DNA from: a virus
Reading direction: 5' to 3' (one strand)
DNA length: 64,000 nucleotides
IMG/VR virus record: IMGVR_UViG_3300037346_000623
Coordinates: 32,001-96,000 of that record
The translations under genes were made by a program, and so were the position numbers. Shown in pieces: positions 18,947-29,990 of the stretch. Numbering within the stretch: position 1 is the first letter of the stretch; each line of letters opens with the position of its first letter. The notes under the pieces were generated by a model that worked only from the letters and a program-made list of their open reading frames with translations, was not told the origin of the DNA and did not search any database.

Positions 18947-21900
18947 TTATACAAATTGCATAAATCCTCCAGCAGCTATTCCCCCTGTTTTTGTAACGGT
19001 AATTCTATTAATGAATTTATGTATACCTCTAGCAGGTTCTATTATAACGTCAATTATACCCATATTCATATCTATAATAGCTGGTGTATTATTAGAAGAA
19101 TCCATTATTGTTTGATAAGCATAGATACCACCGCCTGATCTAACACCATCAAGATAATTATCAACAAGAGTTTTAATCTCCAATCTTATAGAGTCCTCAT
19201 TAAAATCAAAAAGATAGTTTGCAAGTATTTCCTGTACGTCATTTTCTATACTGATTAATAAATCTCTAACGTGTACTAGATTGAATGCTGAATTTACTTG
19301 TTGGTAAGCAGTTTGATTACCAAATATGACAACACCAATACCTCTTCTTTTAAGAATTGGGTTGATACCGAAAGGTTCAAGGTTTGCTCTATCCTCGTCA
19401 GTAAAATCATATTCAACACCAACTATATTACCACCACTTAATATACCTCTTTTTTGACCAGCAACAATAGCATAAGGTTCTCCATTTGCAAATTTTCTAA
19501 TAAAATTATTAGATACGTATGCAGCTGGTGGAACGTTTATATTTTTATTACCATTTCTTACAACTATATAAGGTGAATAGAATGCACAGAATTTAGATCC
19601 ATCCTCTTCATTAGGCAAACTAAATGTATATGTAGGATTAAGAGATAGATTACCTCCCTCTACTATATAGGATGTATTTAATGGCGGATAAGGATTCGAA
19701 GCAGTAGGAGCATCGGTAAACGATGGATCAGTACTAGCTCTAAATTGAGCCATCGAAGGAGCATTTATAATAGCTAAAGCCTGTTGTCTCATTTTTGCAA
19801 GTTTACTAAATTCCCATTTAGATTCAGGTCCTATTATACCGCTGAAAGTATCCACAATATATCTGAATGATATAACATCCTTAGAGGCAAGAGTTTTTGC
19901 GATATTAGTATCATAAAGAACAGCCAATATTTCCTGTAATCTTGCATCGGTTCCGTTTGGTCTATGTCTTTCTTTCATAATAAACCCATTAAGGAATGTA
20001 AAATCAAAAGAATTAGTAAATTGAGCTATAGATTTAAACTTCTGTACTCTAAGTGAGCTACCGCTATTAGAATAATATAAAACTGGTCTCGCAGTAACAA
20101 CTTTTAGAACCCCATAGGTTCCAGTTTGTGCAACAGATTTAACCTTAGTAAGTCTACTTTGTCTGTTACCTGTAGCAGGTTCACATATATCAAGATCAGT
20201 AGAAACTACCCAATCACCAACAGCTAAAGGAGAAACCCCATTCACTATATTTATATTAAACGTTGTAACGTCTATCTGTGTACATTCTATGAAATCATTT
20301 ATCGAACCTATTTGAGATATAATATCAATTTTTTGTGGACTAACAGGAAGACCTATATTATTTGATGCATAGGATGTTCCAAATGCAGCAATATTAACTA
20401 TTGTATTGGTATTCATTGAAGCCTGTTGAGAATAAGCTCTAGCATAAGTAAGATTAAACTGATCTCTATCAATAGTATTTTCAAATCCAATATATTGTTG
20501 ATTTGGTGTACCTGTAGACGTTATCCAAATAGAATCTCCATCCTCAATTTCAAGATATTTATGATTTTGAAAGAATGCTGATGTATTATAAGCAACAATA
20601 GAATCAGTATATCCATTTGGTGCAAAAGGACCAGTAGCACCATCCATTGTAACTAGGCTTATTATATCAAAATAATCAGAATCACCAAATTGGTAAGAGT
20701 CATTATAATAAGGCTTATTACTACCAGAAGCACCAGTATTATAAGTTGATAAATTGTAAGTAGGCTTAACTGTAATTCCTTGAGATCTATACTGTGCATT
20801 ATCCAATGGGTGTGTCCACCATATAAGTAATTGCCCATTAACGTCTTTAGTACCAGTAACTTTAAGTTTAACTATATCAGCCTCGTTAAATTGACTAACA
20901 AGTGATCCTGTTAATCCAGCAACTCCGCTAACAACACCAAGTATAAACTTTTCGTCATTAGATGATGAAACATTAAGGAATGATTTAAGAGCAGCTCTTT
21001 GTCCTGCATTTTGTAGCATACCCCCAGTTGATCCAGTAGCTGCACTTGTTAAAAGATAATGCATACCAGTATCATAAGCATTAGAATCATAAGGAACAAA
21101 CGATCCCTGATAAACACCAGCAGTAGATCCAGTTATAGTAAATAACGTACCTACCTTAGAACCACTAGTAAATCCAGTAATCCCAGCAGGACTAACAAAT
21201 CCAGTAGCTCCAGTTATACCAACAACGTTCTGTGTATATAAATAATCAGCTTCCAATGCCTGATCATAGCTTAAGAAATTTATTCTTGGATTAGCAAGGT
21301 CTCTGTCTCCACTAAGTTCATCTATAAGGTGATTACCAACAAGATCTATTTTGGAAGGATTGTTACAAATATCATCAAAAGCTTGCTCATCTATTGCACA
21401 GAATAGACCAGTAGAAGCAGTATTGTTATTTATTAATGTTTGTATATATTGATTTACACCGTTCAAATCAACAAAGTCAGGTATGATACATCCAGTAACG
21501 GATGTAACTATAGAAACATTTGGATTAGCAAGGAATTGATCTATTTTCGATTTTATAAACCCATTATTACTAAAGTATGTACTCCACATTGGGTCAAGAT
21601 TTAATGCTTGATAATTTGTCCAATTACCATAAACTGCAATAACATCTATAAAATAGTCACTTATATAATCATACGGATGCATAAACGTAGGAACATTATT
21701 AGCACCATACCAATCAATAGCAAATATATTATACCCTAACAGTGGGCTAGATGAATCAGTTGATTTTCTAACTATTATACTCATAGGTGATTTTCCAAGA
21801 TTAGTTACATTTAACAATTTACCCTGATCTGGAATACTTAAAGTTGCAAGAAAATAATTAGGATCCGCAAACCAAAATCTCTCCTTATTGTAATACGAAG

Positions 21901-22294
21901 AGTATAATTCACTAGTAACCACACCATTATATTCCTCAGTATCCACAGAGAATGATCTATATGTAACCTTATCAGGGTCCGCTGATTCGAGATTATCGTT
22001 CAGTTTTAAGAGATTTAATGCAAATACTGGGCCTGCATTTAAACACGTTAATATTGATCTATGAAAGAAAGATCCTTTATTTTCGAGTGACGCGTCGATA
22101 TCACCAAAGATTGATATCATCGTTGTTGCATCAGGAATATAGACAGGTGTATTAAAAGGTCCTTTATTAGAGAAACCTATAACAAGTCTAATTGTTTGTG
22201 ATGTAAGTATGACGTTTTGTGATGCGTCAAATTCAAGCGTATAGACACCAGATGCTCTAAATTGAGAATAGTCTATTTTTACCTTATTTGCCAT
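18947..22294 (-). CDS. Tail sheath protein (gp18-like)
   Basis: SGVYTLEFD, KGPFNTPV, VPPAAYV, AGQKRG, GINPI, IFGNQT, VHVRDLLI, DFNEDSIR. Confidence 0.9.
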   Translation of the reverse strand: MANKVKIDYSQFRASGVYTLEFDASQNVILTSQTIRLVIGFSNKGPFNTPVYIPDATTMISIFGDIDASLENKGSFFHRSILTCLNAGPVFALNLLKLNDNLESADPDKVTYRSFSVDTEEYNGVVTSELYSSYYNKERFWFADPNYFLATLSIPDQGKLLNVTNLGKSPMSIIVRKSTDSSSPLLGYNIFAIDWYGANNVPTFMHPYDYISDYFIDVIAVYGNWTNYQALNLDPMWSTYFSNNGFIKSKIDQFLANPNVSIVTSVTGCIIPDFVDLNGVNQYIQTLINNNTASTGLFCAIDEQAFDDICNNPSKIDLVGNHLIDELSGDRDLANPRINFLSYDQALEADYLYTQNVVGITGATGFVSPAGITGFTSGSKVGTLFTITGSTAGVYQGSFVPYDSNAYDTGMHYLLTSAATGSTGGMLQNAGQRAALKSFLNVSSSNDEKFILGVVSGVAGLTGSLVSQFNEADIVKLKVTGTKDVNGQLLIWWTHPLDNAQYRSQGITVKPTYNLSTYNTGASGSNKPYYNDSYQFGDSDYFDIISLVTMDGATGPFAPNGYTDSIVAYNTSAFFQNHKYLEIEDGDSIWITSTGTPNQQYIGFENTIDRDQFNLTYARAYSQQASMNTNTIVNIAAFGTSYASNNIGLPVSPQKIDIISQIGSINDFIECTQIDVTTFNINIVNGVSPLAVGDWVVSTDLDICEPATGNRQSRLTKVKSVAQTGTYGVLKVVTARPVLYYSNSGSSLRVQKFKSIAQFTNSFDFTFLNGFIMKERHRPNGTDARLQEILAVLYDTNIAKTLASKDVISFRYIVDTFSGIIGPESKWEFSKLAKMRQQALAIINAPSMAQFRASTDPSFTDAPTASNPYPPLNTSYIVEGGNLSLNPTYTFSLPNEEDGSKFCAFYSPYIVVRNGNKNINVPPAAYVSNNFIRKFANGEPYAIVAGQKRGILSGGNIVGVEYDFTDEDRANLEPFGINPILKRRGIGVVIFGNQTAYQQVNSAFNLVHVRDLLISIENDVQEILANYLFDFNEDSIRLEIKTLVDNYLDGVRSGGGIYAYQTIMDSSNNTPAIIDMNMGIIDVIIEPARGIHKFINRITVTKTGGIAAGGFMQFV

Positions 22295-22356
22295 TATTTT
22301 TCAATATATTTTTACTTCTGTACTATATATCAAAAAAAAAATGAGAATTATTGATG

Positions 22357-24183
22357 CTACATTAGGTTATTGAATTCACTATATGATTTACCTTCCTTAG
22401 TTGAAGGTCCTTTCTTATCATCATCGAAAATTTGATCTCCCTCTAATTTTTTTATAATTAAATCCTTATACTCATTATCCTCCATCTCGTCGAATACCTC
22501 GCCAACCATATGATTAAAATCATATCCATCTAAAAGTCCGGGTAGATTGACTAATGTCATCGCAACATCATCGTGTCCACTTTGGCTAGAATACGTTCCT
22601 CTGTTATTAAGACCGAAAGTAAATAACTCAGGTATAGTCCATTTCTTTTCATTAACCAATATCTTGTTTTCTCTAACCAGGCTTCTGAGTAATTCACAAT
22701 ACTTCATCTTATTCTTTTCGTTGTATTTTATTCCAGGTTTTAAAGTTCTTGCGCTTTCCGAATGTTTAGTAAATAAAAACATTTCATCAAAAAATTCATC
22801 TCTAGATATTAATTTATCATAGAGGAGTTCACCCTTAAAATTCATCTCCAGAGCTATTTTTACACGATCCACAGTAAAAACATTCTCACACAAAACCTGT
22901 AATAGCTTAACTACATCCTCTAGCTTTATTTCATTATCTCTAAATACGCCAATCTGAATAAGCCCGAAGAAATCAGACTCGTCATCATATTCATCTATTT
23001 TTTCTATAACTACTTTTGGTAACGGAGTAACTCTAAATATATTTATTACAGTAAAATCCCCCTTTCCCCCACCGCTAAGATCTATTGATAAAACAAATTT
23101 CTTTCCCCTCTCGTTACACGTATCTATATCAAATTTAGGATGCCACCTGAAATTTTCATATGATATATTATGATTATGTAATTCACTTATTTCCCTCCAT
23201 TCATATTCAATCTCATTCTTCTTTATCTTTTTAAGTTCATCAGATCCCAATAATAAACTCGAAGAACTTAAAAACTGATTACCGTATTCTTGATTGAAAA
23301 GTTCCTCACTTCCCAGGTTACCTATTTCTTTTTGTTTCCATGCTTCATCCCTACCAGGAACTTGCCACCAGTCAACTCTAATAGGATTAAAACTATTATC
23401 ACCATCCATCGCACCCTGGTAGATATCATAGAATTTATTCATACCGTTAGGTGTTGATGTTATTATTATTCTAGAAACCTTGGACGAGGATACTGTAGGA
23501 TACGTGGATCTAAAGAATGCCTCCATGAAATTATCATTAATATGTGCAAACTCATCCATATATAAAAAATGTATAGTAAATCCGATACCTGATGATTTAG
23601 TTGTAGTTTTAGCTAAAACCCTACAGCCGTTATCAAAACGCATTGTCATTACATTATTGATTATCATACCAGGTTTAAGAAAAAATGGGAGGCCTTTTAT
23701 TATCGATTTTATTTTATCCATTAACTCTTCTGCAGTATCACCAACATTGGCTAATATCATTGCGTTCTTATCATGATTAAAGAGAAGATACCAAACAAGA
23801 ATTATTGAGGATGTTATAGATTTACCAACCTGTCTAGGCGCTAAAAATACATTAAATCTATTTGATTGATACTCTTTAAGTACTGATTCCTGATAATCTC
23901 TCAATTTTATATACTCAAGTCCAAAGTCTGTCATTACTTTGCAATATTTTGCAAAGTATGCTACATCTTCCGCACATTTTTTCATTTCAATAACCTCTTC
24001 CCTAGTATATTCCCATTGAAGACTAGGTTTTTTTAACTCAGGATCTTGCTCATAAAATGGATTATCAACATCCTTATAATCCAATCCTTCCTCGTCTATT
24101 CTTCTCAGAAGTTCATTAACTCTCTCAGTATTCCACAGGGATGTTTCTATCTGATCCTGCTTTTTGTGTATTATCTCTCCCAT
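22357..24183 (-). CDS. Terminase large subunit (gp17-like)
   Basis: LRDYQ, PRQVGKS, YMDEFAH, ITSTPNGMNKFY, FNQEY, HDDVAM. Confidence 0.95.
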   Translation of the reverse strand: MGEIIHKKQDQIETSLWNTERVNELLRRIDEEGLDYKDVDNPFYEQDPELKKPSLQWEYTREEVIEMKKCAEDVAYFAKYCKVMTDFGLEYIKLRDYQESVLKEYQSNRFNVFLAPRQVGKSITSSIILVWYLLFNHDKNAMILANVGDTAEELMDKIKSIIKGLPFFLKPGMIINNVMTMRFDNGCRVLAKTTTKSSGIGFTIHFLYMDEFAHINDNFMEAFFRSTYPTVSSSKVSRIIITSTPNGMNKFYDIYQGAMDGDNSFNPIRVDWWQVPGRDEAWKQKEIGNLGSEELFNQEYGNQFLSSSSLLLGSDELKKIKKNEIEYEWREISELHNHNISYENFRWHPKFDIDTCNERGKKFVLSIDLSGGGKGDFTVINIFRVTPLPKVVIEKIDEYDDESDFFGLIQIGVFRDNEIKLEDVVKLLQVLCENVFTVDRVKIALEMNFKGELLYDKLISRDEFFDEMFLFTKHSESARTLKPGIKYNEKNKMKYCELLRSLVRENKILVNEKKWTIPELFTFGLNNRGTYSSQSGHDDVAMTLVNLPGLLDGYDFNHMVGEVFDEMEDNEYKDLIIKKLEGDQIFDDDKKGPSTKEGKSYSEFNNLM

Positions 24184-24185
24184 TT

Positions 24186-24980
24186 TTAATAAAGATCATC
24201 CTCTATGATGAAATCATCATCACAAAAATCCTCATCAGCTTTAGCTACATTTGGATTATCAAGATCTAATGTTTTTTTGTGTTTGGCGTTAACTACTGCA
24301 TTAGGTTCAATTACCTCCGCTGTAATATCAACAACCTCAGATCCTATTATATCTCTAAGTCCCTCCATTATTCCTCTGGTACCTCTTGATTTAATTCCTC
24401 CGTTATCTGTTATTGCTGAGGCTGTAGCATTATAGGATTCACCAGGATTTGATTGATCCATCACAACCCTATTGGTTTGTTTTTTCTCATCAATCTCAAT
24501 TCTGGATTTTTTATAATTCTGTTCCATTTTTTCAAGATAGGCCTGATAATCCTTGGGCATTTGCATAATCTGTGATTGCATTTGAGCAAGAACTTCAAAG
24601 AGTCTAGGATTTGTATTTCCTAGATCTATCTCCTCTAGTATTTTGGTTATTGTATGTTGAGCTGTCTTTAATTGGAACATCATGGCGGATACATTCATCG
24701 TATCCATTTTTTTCTTTAGCTCCACATGTTTAGCTCCAGCATTTTCTGTACTAAGATCAACATAAAACTCAGCCAATGAATCCATAAGGGACTTGGCATC
24801 CGATGATGCAGATGATTGTTCACCAGCAAAATCCATAAGATCTGTAGTTTTTATTCGGGGAAGATCTAAAGAATCAGCAACAAAAGATGCATTGAAACTC
24901 TCATCCATCAATATAGAATCGAGATTCTCTTTTATTCTTTCCTCTATTACCTTCTCAGGCTTTGGTTTTCTTCTTGGCAT
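24186..24980 (-). CDS. Probable terminase small subunit (gp16-like)
   Basis: NPRLFEVLAQM resembles the gp16 PR..EV motif; directly upstream of TerL. Confidence 0.55.
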   Translation of the reverse strand: MPRRKPKPEKVIEERIKENLDSILMDESFNASFVADSLDLPRIKTTDLMDFAGEQSSASSDAKSLMDSLAEFYVDLSTENAGAKHVELKKKMDTMNVSAMMFQLKTAQHTITKILEEIDLGNTNPRLFEVLAQMQSQIMQMPKDYQAYLEKMEQNYKKSRIEIDEKKQTNRVVMDQSNPGESYNATASAITDNGGIKSRGTRGIMEGLRDIIGSEVVDITAEVIEPNAVVNAKHKKTLDLDNPNVAKADEDFCDDDFIIEDDLY

Positions 24981-24983
24981 AAT

Positions 24984-27476
24984 TTATTTATTTCTTGCAA
25001 ATTTGGGTATATTTAGCAAAGGTTTAGCGTTATCTATTATATGTGCTAGCTGGGAATCTCTAACGATATTCTGATTAAGGACAGTTGACTGATTATCTAT
25101 ATCTATCATATTTTTAAATAATCTTACGTTACTGATGTGTATAGGACCAGTAAAAATCTTATATGAATTATTATCCGTACCATAATATGGACTGAATTTA
25201 TCAGTAACCATATTGGAAGGTGCATTAAAAACTATATGATCAGTAAACATTCTTGAATCCTCGTGTAATTTAGACAATTTACTAGATTGATCAGGAGAAC
25301 TATTTGTAGGATCATAAGTTATTCCCCATATTATTGAAGATATCTGCTTATATACATTAGAGAAATTTATAACAACACCGTACCATTCATCTATGGAAGG
25401 TATAAACTGTAGGGTAGTATTTATAATTAGATCATTAAATCTAACAACCAGACTTCCTGTTTCTAGGAAAATATTTGTTAATTCATCAGTTACACCTGAA
25501 TGTATAATATCGGCTCTGAATCCCTTAATATCTCCATTCTGATCCTCATATAATCCACTTATTAAATTTCTAGATTGTGCCTTTTGCATTCTCCATGTAA
25601 CAGGGCCAACCGAGAAATTCTCAGATTTATTAATAATCTTAAATTTATATTCATCTATAATACTAGCAACCTGATATCCGCCACTATGCGGGAGATCACC
25701 CTTTATTGCTACGTATCCCTCAGGATTAGTTTGATAGGTATCCCAACTTTCAAGATTATGTTTCCTTGGATATGAATTAAAAATAATAAAATCATTATCG
25801 TATGATTCCAGAGATATGTTTATAACTGGATATGGTCTTTTCATCAGCTGCTGATTATTATAAAGATTCTTTATATTAAACCATGCTGTAAATGCTAACT
25901 CTTCACCTATACTAATTTTCGGAAGTAACTTATAGCGGATAGCCTCCCTGTATTGCTTGGTTGCGTATATAAAATCGGAGTCATCCACAAATGATCCATA
26001 GAGATCATAATAGTCATTAAATACTATAGTCCAGTTATTATTAAGATCATATCCTATTATTGATAAATCTTTATAAACATATGATCTTATAGGATCCTGT
26101 GACATCTGTGTTATTGTAGTTGCATACTGCTGGGGGTTTGTTATTTTAAGTTCCTCGCTTTGTACTTCTGCTCCAAATAAATCACTAGTTGTAAGACTTA
26201 TACCATCAAGCTCCTCCTTATGTGCTGGGTCTCTAAAGTAAGTATTACTTTTAGGATTATATTTTTTAAGCTCAATTTTAAAATAAACAGGAGCGTTCAT
26301 AAAATCTCTAAATAGATAGGTTGAGTTTATTTCATAGATTCTATTTGTTATTGGAAAGTATATAATATCTCTTTTTCTTGGTTGCGATCCCTTACCGAAT
26401 ATTGACTCGAAATATCTTTTATCAATTTGAACCTCAAAAGGATCATCATAATTTAATCCAAAAGGATCAAAATTTATTTTATTATCAGGAAATTGGTTCT
26501 GATTAACCATTAATTTTACGCATTTTTCAGAAACAACATTAAATAAGGTATATTCTCTAAGGACAACATCTCTACCTCTAGCCTGGGGTTGAACTGAATA
26601 ATAATTAGCATCAAGACCAAACATCTTATTAACCATTAAGCTAAGGTCCTGATATATGTTCAGTGCTTTATTAACAGCATAAGGCTTGAATGTAAACCCG
26701 CAATCAGAAAAAACAACAGGTCGATTAGAGGTTTCTGGCGAACATATGGGGGATGGTCTGCTTTGTATCTTTTCTGGTATTGAACCAAAATCAAGATCCA
26801 AATCAAAGCTAACTATAACAACAGATGGATCTATAGGTTCATTAGTATTATAAATTATACCTCCGTCCGGACCTATAAGAACTGACGTGAATCTAAACTC
26901 AGGATAGAATTTATTAGATGGATCCAAATCAATCGAAAAAACATCAGAGAAATTATTGGTTAGTCCATTAAGGGCCGTACCAACATTCGTCCATAGAGAC
27001 CACGTTTTTCCGTCTATACTATATCTAAAATCTATTGATATATCATTAGCATCCAGGATTGATCCATTATTATTCGAATAAACAGTATCAATTATCCATC
27101 CATTGAATTTAGTAGCATTCTCGAAAGGTTTATCCCATGTTAATACCCTATAATTACCTATATAGGTGAAGTTTAAGGCACTTTCGAGCTGCTCCATTCT
27201 TAAACCATAATATTCAGGGGTTTCGCATGGCATATACATTGTATTACCGCTGACCATAATTTCATGAAATCCCCAGCAGCCTAATTGTTTAGCTCTAGCT
27301 CTCGCACCATTTTCAGTACTAAATATATTATCGACCGATGATTCGAGTACTTTATCGGTATTTTCAAGTCCATCATGATAAGCATATCTAGGATCCGATA
27401 TATCGTATTGTTCACCCTCAGTATTATATACAGGTGTACCGTTTTTTGGAAATCTATTCTCTGGATAAAAGCTCAT
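24984..27476 (-). CDS. Extended neck protein containing a gp14-like head-closure domain
   Basis: MFGLDANYY, FGLNYDD, PRKRDIIYFPITNRIYEI match gp14; long N- and C-terminal extensions. Confidence 0.6.
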   Translation of the reverse strand: MSFYPENRFPKNGTPVYNTEGEQYDISDPRYAYHDGLENTDKVLESSVDNIFSTENGARARAKQLGCWGFHEIMVSGNTMYMPCETPEYYGLRMEQLESALNFTYIGNYRVLTWDKPFENATKFNGWIIDTVYSNNNGSILDANDISIDFRYSIDGKTWSLWTNVGTALNGLTNNFSDVFSIDLDPSNKFYPEFRFTSVLIGPDGGIIYNTNEPIDPSVVIVSFDLDLDFGSIPEKIQSRPSPICSPETSNRPVVFSDCGFTFKPYAVNKALNIYQDLSLMVNKMFGLDANYYSVQPQARGRDVVLREYTLFNVVSEKCVKLMVNQNQFPDNKINFDPFGLNYDDPFEVQIDKRYFESIFGKGSQPRKRDIIYFPITNRIYEINSTYLFRDFMNAPVYFKIELKKYNPKSNTYFRDPAHKEELDGISLTTSDLFGAEVQSEELKITNPQQYATTITQMSQDPIRSYVYKDLSIIGYDLNNNWTIVFNDYYDLYGSFVDDSDFIYATKQYREAIRYKLLPKISIGEELAFTAWFNIKNLYNNQQLMKRPYPVINISLESYDNDFIIFNSYPRKHNLESWDTYQTNPEGYVAIKGDLPHSGGYQVASIIDEYKFKIINKSENFSVGPVTWRMQKAQSRNLISGLYEDQNGDIKGFRADIIHSGVTDELTNIFLETGSLVVRFNDLIINTTLQFIPSIDEWYGVVINFSNVYKQISSIIWGITYDPTNSSPDQSSKLSKLHEDSRMFTDHIVFNAPSNMVTDKFSPYYGTDNNSYKIFTGPIHISNVRLFKNMIDIDNQSTVLNQNIVRDSQLAHIIDNAKPLLNIPKFARNK

Positions 27477-27569
27477 TTCTATTTATACTTTTTCTTATAT
27501 ATCAAAAAATCCTAGACTATAAACAAAAAAAAAGGATCCAATAGGATCCTCTTTTTAATATTACTAAAA

Positions 27570-27842
27570 TTAAGATTTGGTATAGATCCCGCTAACAAGA
27601 TCTAATTTACCATCGCCATGTTCTCCAACAACCTTAGCTTGTAGTTCTTCCTCCCTGATATTTATTCTGCTGGCCTCATTATAGAGATGCTCAAGCTCCT
27701 GCTCCATCATGGACAAATCTTTTTTATAAAAAGAAACCTGAACGTTTAACCTTCCTATTTTTACAACATTCTCAGTAAGTTCATCCTTCAATGTTTGAAC
27801 CTCTAATAATAGCTCATCGCTTAATTTAATTTCCTGACTCAT
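27570..27842 (-). CDS. Small coiled-coil hypothetical protein
   Basis: 90-aa ORF ending HGDGKLDLVSGIY, followed by a terminator at about 27527-27556. Confidence 0.6.
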   Translation of the reverse strand: MSQEIKLSDELLLEVQTLKDELTENVVKIGRLNVQVSFYKKDLSMMEQELEHLYNEASRINIREEELQAKVVGEHGDGKLDLVSGIYTKS

Positions 27843-27886
27843 TTTAATTTTTTAATTTATACTAATAATAGTAATTATTGTTTCAT

Positions 27887-28177
27887 TTATATCCCGTTTT
27901 TTCTAGTAGGAAAAACCCCACCTATTATTGGCGCAATAAATTGAGAAACACTCTTATTTGAATTTCCTCCATCGAGTATATCGCTAAAATCCTTACCAAC
28001 CGGATTTGGATTAGAATAGAAATTACCAGAAGCTTTAACTTCCATTATTTCTATTGTATCTGTTTTTCTAACATAAGCATTACCAGTGCCAATAAAATAA
28101 AGCTGATCTCTAGTTTTGCTATCGCTTCCATCTATTATTCTATTCTCTATTGATAATATTCTATCGTCTATTGCCAT
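27887..28177 (-). CDS. Hypothetical protein
   Basis: 96-aa ORF in the coding series. Confidence 0.5.
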   Translation of the reverse strand: MAIDDRILSIENRIIDGSDSKTRDQLYFIGTGNAYVRKTDTIEIMEVKASGNFYSNPNPVGKDFSDILDGGNSNKSVSQFIAPIIGGVFPTRKNGI

Positions 28178-28191
28178 TTTTTTTTATTATT

Positions 28192-28938
28192 TTATAATAT
28201 TTCCCTTCTATTAGGCGGATTTGTATTTTTTGATATTACTTGTTTAACTCTAAGCCCAGCTTGCATAAGATTACCCCTAAATCTTTCAGTTGATAGGTCT
28301 TTATCAGGAAAATATGTTTCCAGTGCTACTGAGAAGTTAAATGTTATATATTCTTGAGATGCGTATGTAAATTCATACTGTTTGGTTAATTCATACGATT
28401 CTGGGAATCCAACCGTTACTGGTATTCGCATACCTTCAAATTCGAAGCTATAACTATAAGTTTTATAGAATGTTCTGATAACATTCTGATATATTTTAAA
28501 GGCATCAAGTAGTGTATCTATTTTCATAGCTATGCCAAATGACAAATTAAGAGGTATAGAATTAGTATGAGACGAAAGAGTTTTCATCTCCCCTTTAACG
28601 TCTTCAACTGCATAAGACATTCTAACATATTTATTAGTTAATGCCTGAGCATCTATATCTGAAGACTGATATGATACTATTCCTCTCGGCAATATATCAT
28701 AATTCCCTTCCGCATGAGGAAGATTGTCTATACAGTTCTCATATTCAACAAAAGAATCCATCAAGAATGATTCATCTCCAGTTAAGGAGAAAAAAAATGG
28801 AATATAAACCTCTATTTTTTCCTGCTGATCATTAACCTGAAAATATGTTACCTTCTCGTTTAGGGATCTAAGTAAACCTATTATAAGATTTCTTAGATAT
28901 ACATCATCCATATTAAATTTTTCTAAAAATCCCGACAT
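28192..28938 (-). CDS. Tail sheath stabiliser/terminator (T4 gp15-like)
   Basis: YLRNLII, IEVYIPF, ILPRG, TNK, IPLNLSF, RIPVTV pattern. Confidence 0.65.
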   Translation of the reverse strand: MSGFLEKFNMDDVYLRNLIIGLLRSLNEKVTYFQVNDQQEKIEVYIPFFFSLTGDESFLMDSFVEYENCIDNLPHAEGNYDILPRGIVSYQSSDIDAQALTNKYVRMSYAVEDVKGEMKTLSSHTNSIPLNLSFGIAMKIDTLLDAFKIYQNVIRTFYKTYSYSFEFEGMRIPVTVGFPESYELTKQYEFTYASQEYITFNFSVALETYFPDKDLSTERFRGNLMQAGLRVKQVISKNTNPPNRREIL

Positions 28939-28943
28939 AATTA

Positions 28944-29951
28944 TTAAGGTGTCACAGTGACAAAATTTATTTTTATTTTACTGGTCGAACCAGAAGTATT
29001 AGATGCAGTTAATATAACTGTATAATCACCAGCATAATTATAGGAAACCATTGGATTCTGTGCTGTACTTCCTGTTGGAGATGCAGAAGGTCCGAAAATC
29101 CAATTCCATCCAGTAGGAGCAAATTGCCATGGCGAATTTGGTGATGTATCCTTAAATGAAACGGTTGCACCAGTAGCTGTTATTAAATTATACGTAGCTC
29201 CAGTACCTGATGTGAAGTTGGTATAGGGTGGTGCTGGTATAGGACCCTTCCTGCTAATAACACCATCCGGTGTGGTATCAAAATCAGGATAACCCAATGG
29301 TATATCATCAAGTCTGCCTGGTGTTTTTTGTCTTATTACTGGAATTTCTGCATATCTTATCTGGAGTGGATAACCAGAATCATCGGAGTATTTAGGATGT
29401 TCAAAATACCCATTAAGATAATCGGATTCACTTATTGCAGTTATATTAGTATAATGTAATCTAAGCATCTCTGAACAATCTTTAACAGTCGATTGGCTTA
29501 GAGTTTTTATAACAACAAAAGATTTAACTGTGTTTCCTATTATATTTCTCTCTATATTTAGATTGTCATATATTATAAAAAAATAATTACTAGTTGAAAC
29601 CTTAGTAATTATAGGAATATTTCTACTGGAAACCGTAGTTGTTACGTATTCACGAGGTATATTATTTCTGGGTGCAAGTAAACCAACACCAAATATTCCC
29701 ATCTGTTTAATAGACGAAGGTAATACTTCCATATCTTCTATAGAAATAGAATCCAATCCATCAACCTTGTTCTTTGTACTTTTTATGAGTATACTTTCTT
29801 GGGCCTTTGATGGTGGTACTTCGAAACTAGTGACAGGAACACCAATTAGTTCAGGGATTTTATCCTTATTGCTCTTTATTAAAGCATTTTCCTGTTTAGG
29901 ACTTAGCTCTTTCGGATCCGAATTTATCCTTATTGATTGTCTAACTCTCAA
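28944..29951 (-). CDS. Virion protein with C-terminal PKD domain
   Basis: VSFKDTS...PTGWNWIFG...STAQNP.VSY..AGDYTVILTASN. Confidence 0.7.
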   Translation of the reverse strand: MRVRQSIRINSDPKELSPKQENALIKSNKDKIPELIGVPVTSFEVPPSKAQESILIKSTKNKVDGLDSISIEDMEVLPSSIKQMGIFGVGLLAPRNNIPREYVTTTVSSRNIPIITKVSTSNYFFIIYDNLNIERNIIGNTVKSFVVIKTLSQSTVKDCSEMLRLHYTNITAISESDYLNGYFEHPKYSDDSGYPLQIRYAEIPVIRQKTPGRLDDIPLGYPDFDTTPDGVISRKGPIPAPPYTNFTSGTGATYNLITATGATVSFKDTSPNSPWQFAPTGWNWIFGPSASPTGSTAQNPMVSYNYAGDYTVILTASNTSGSTSKIKINFVTVTP

Positions 29952-29990
29952 TTTAGTTTTTTTATTCTATATATTCGATAGATCAACTTA

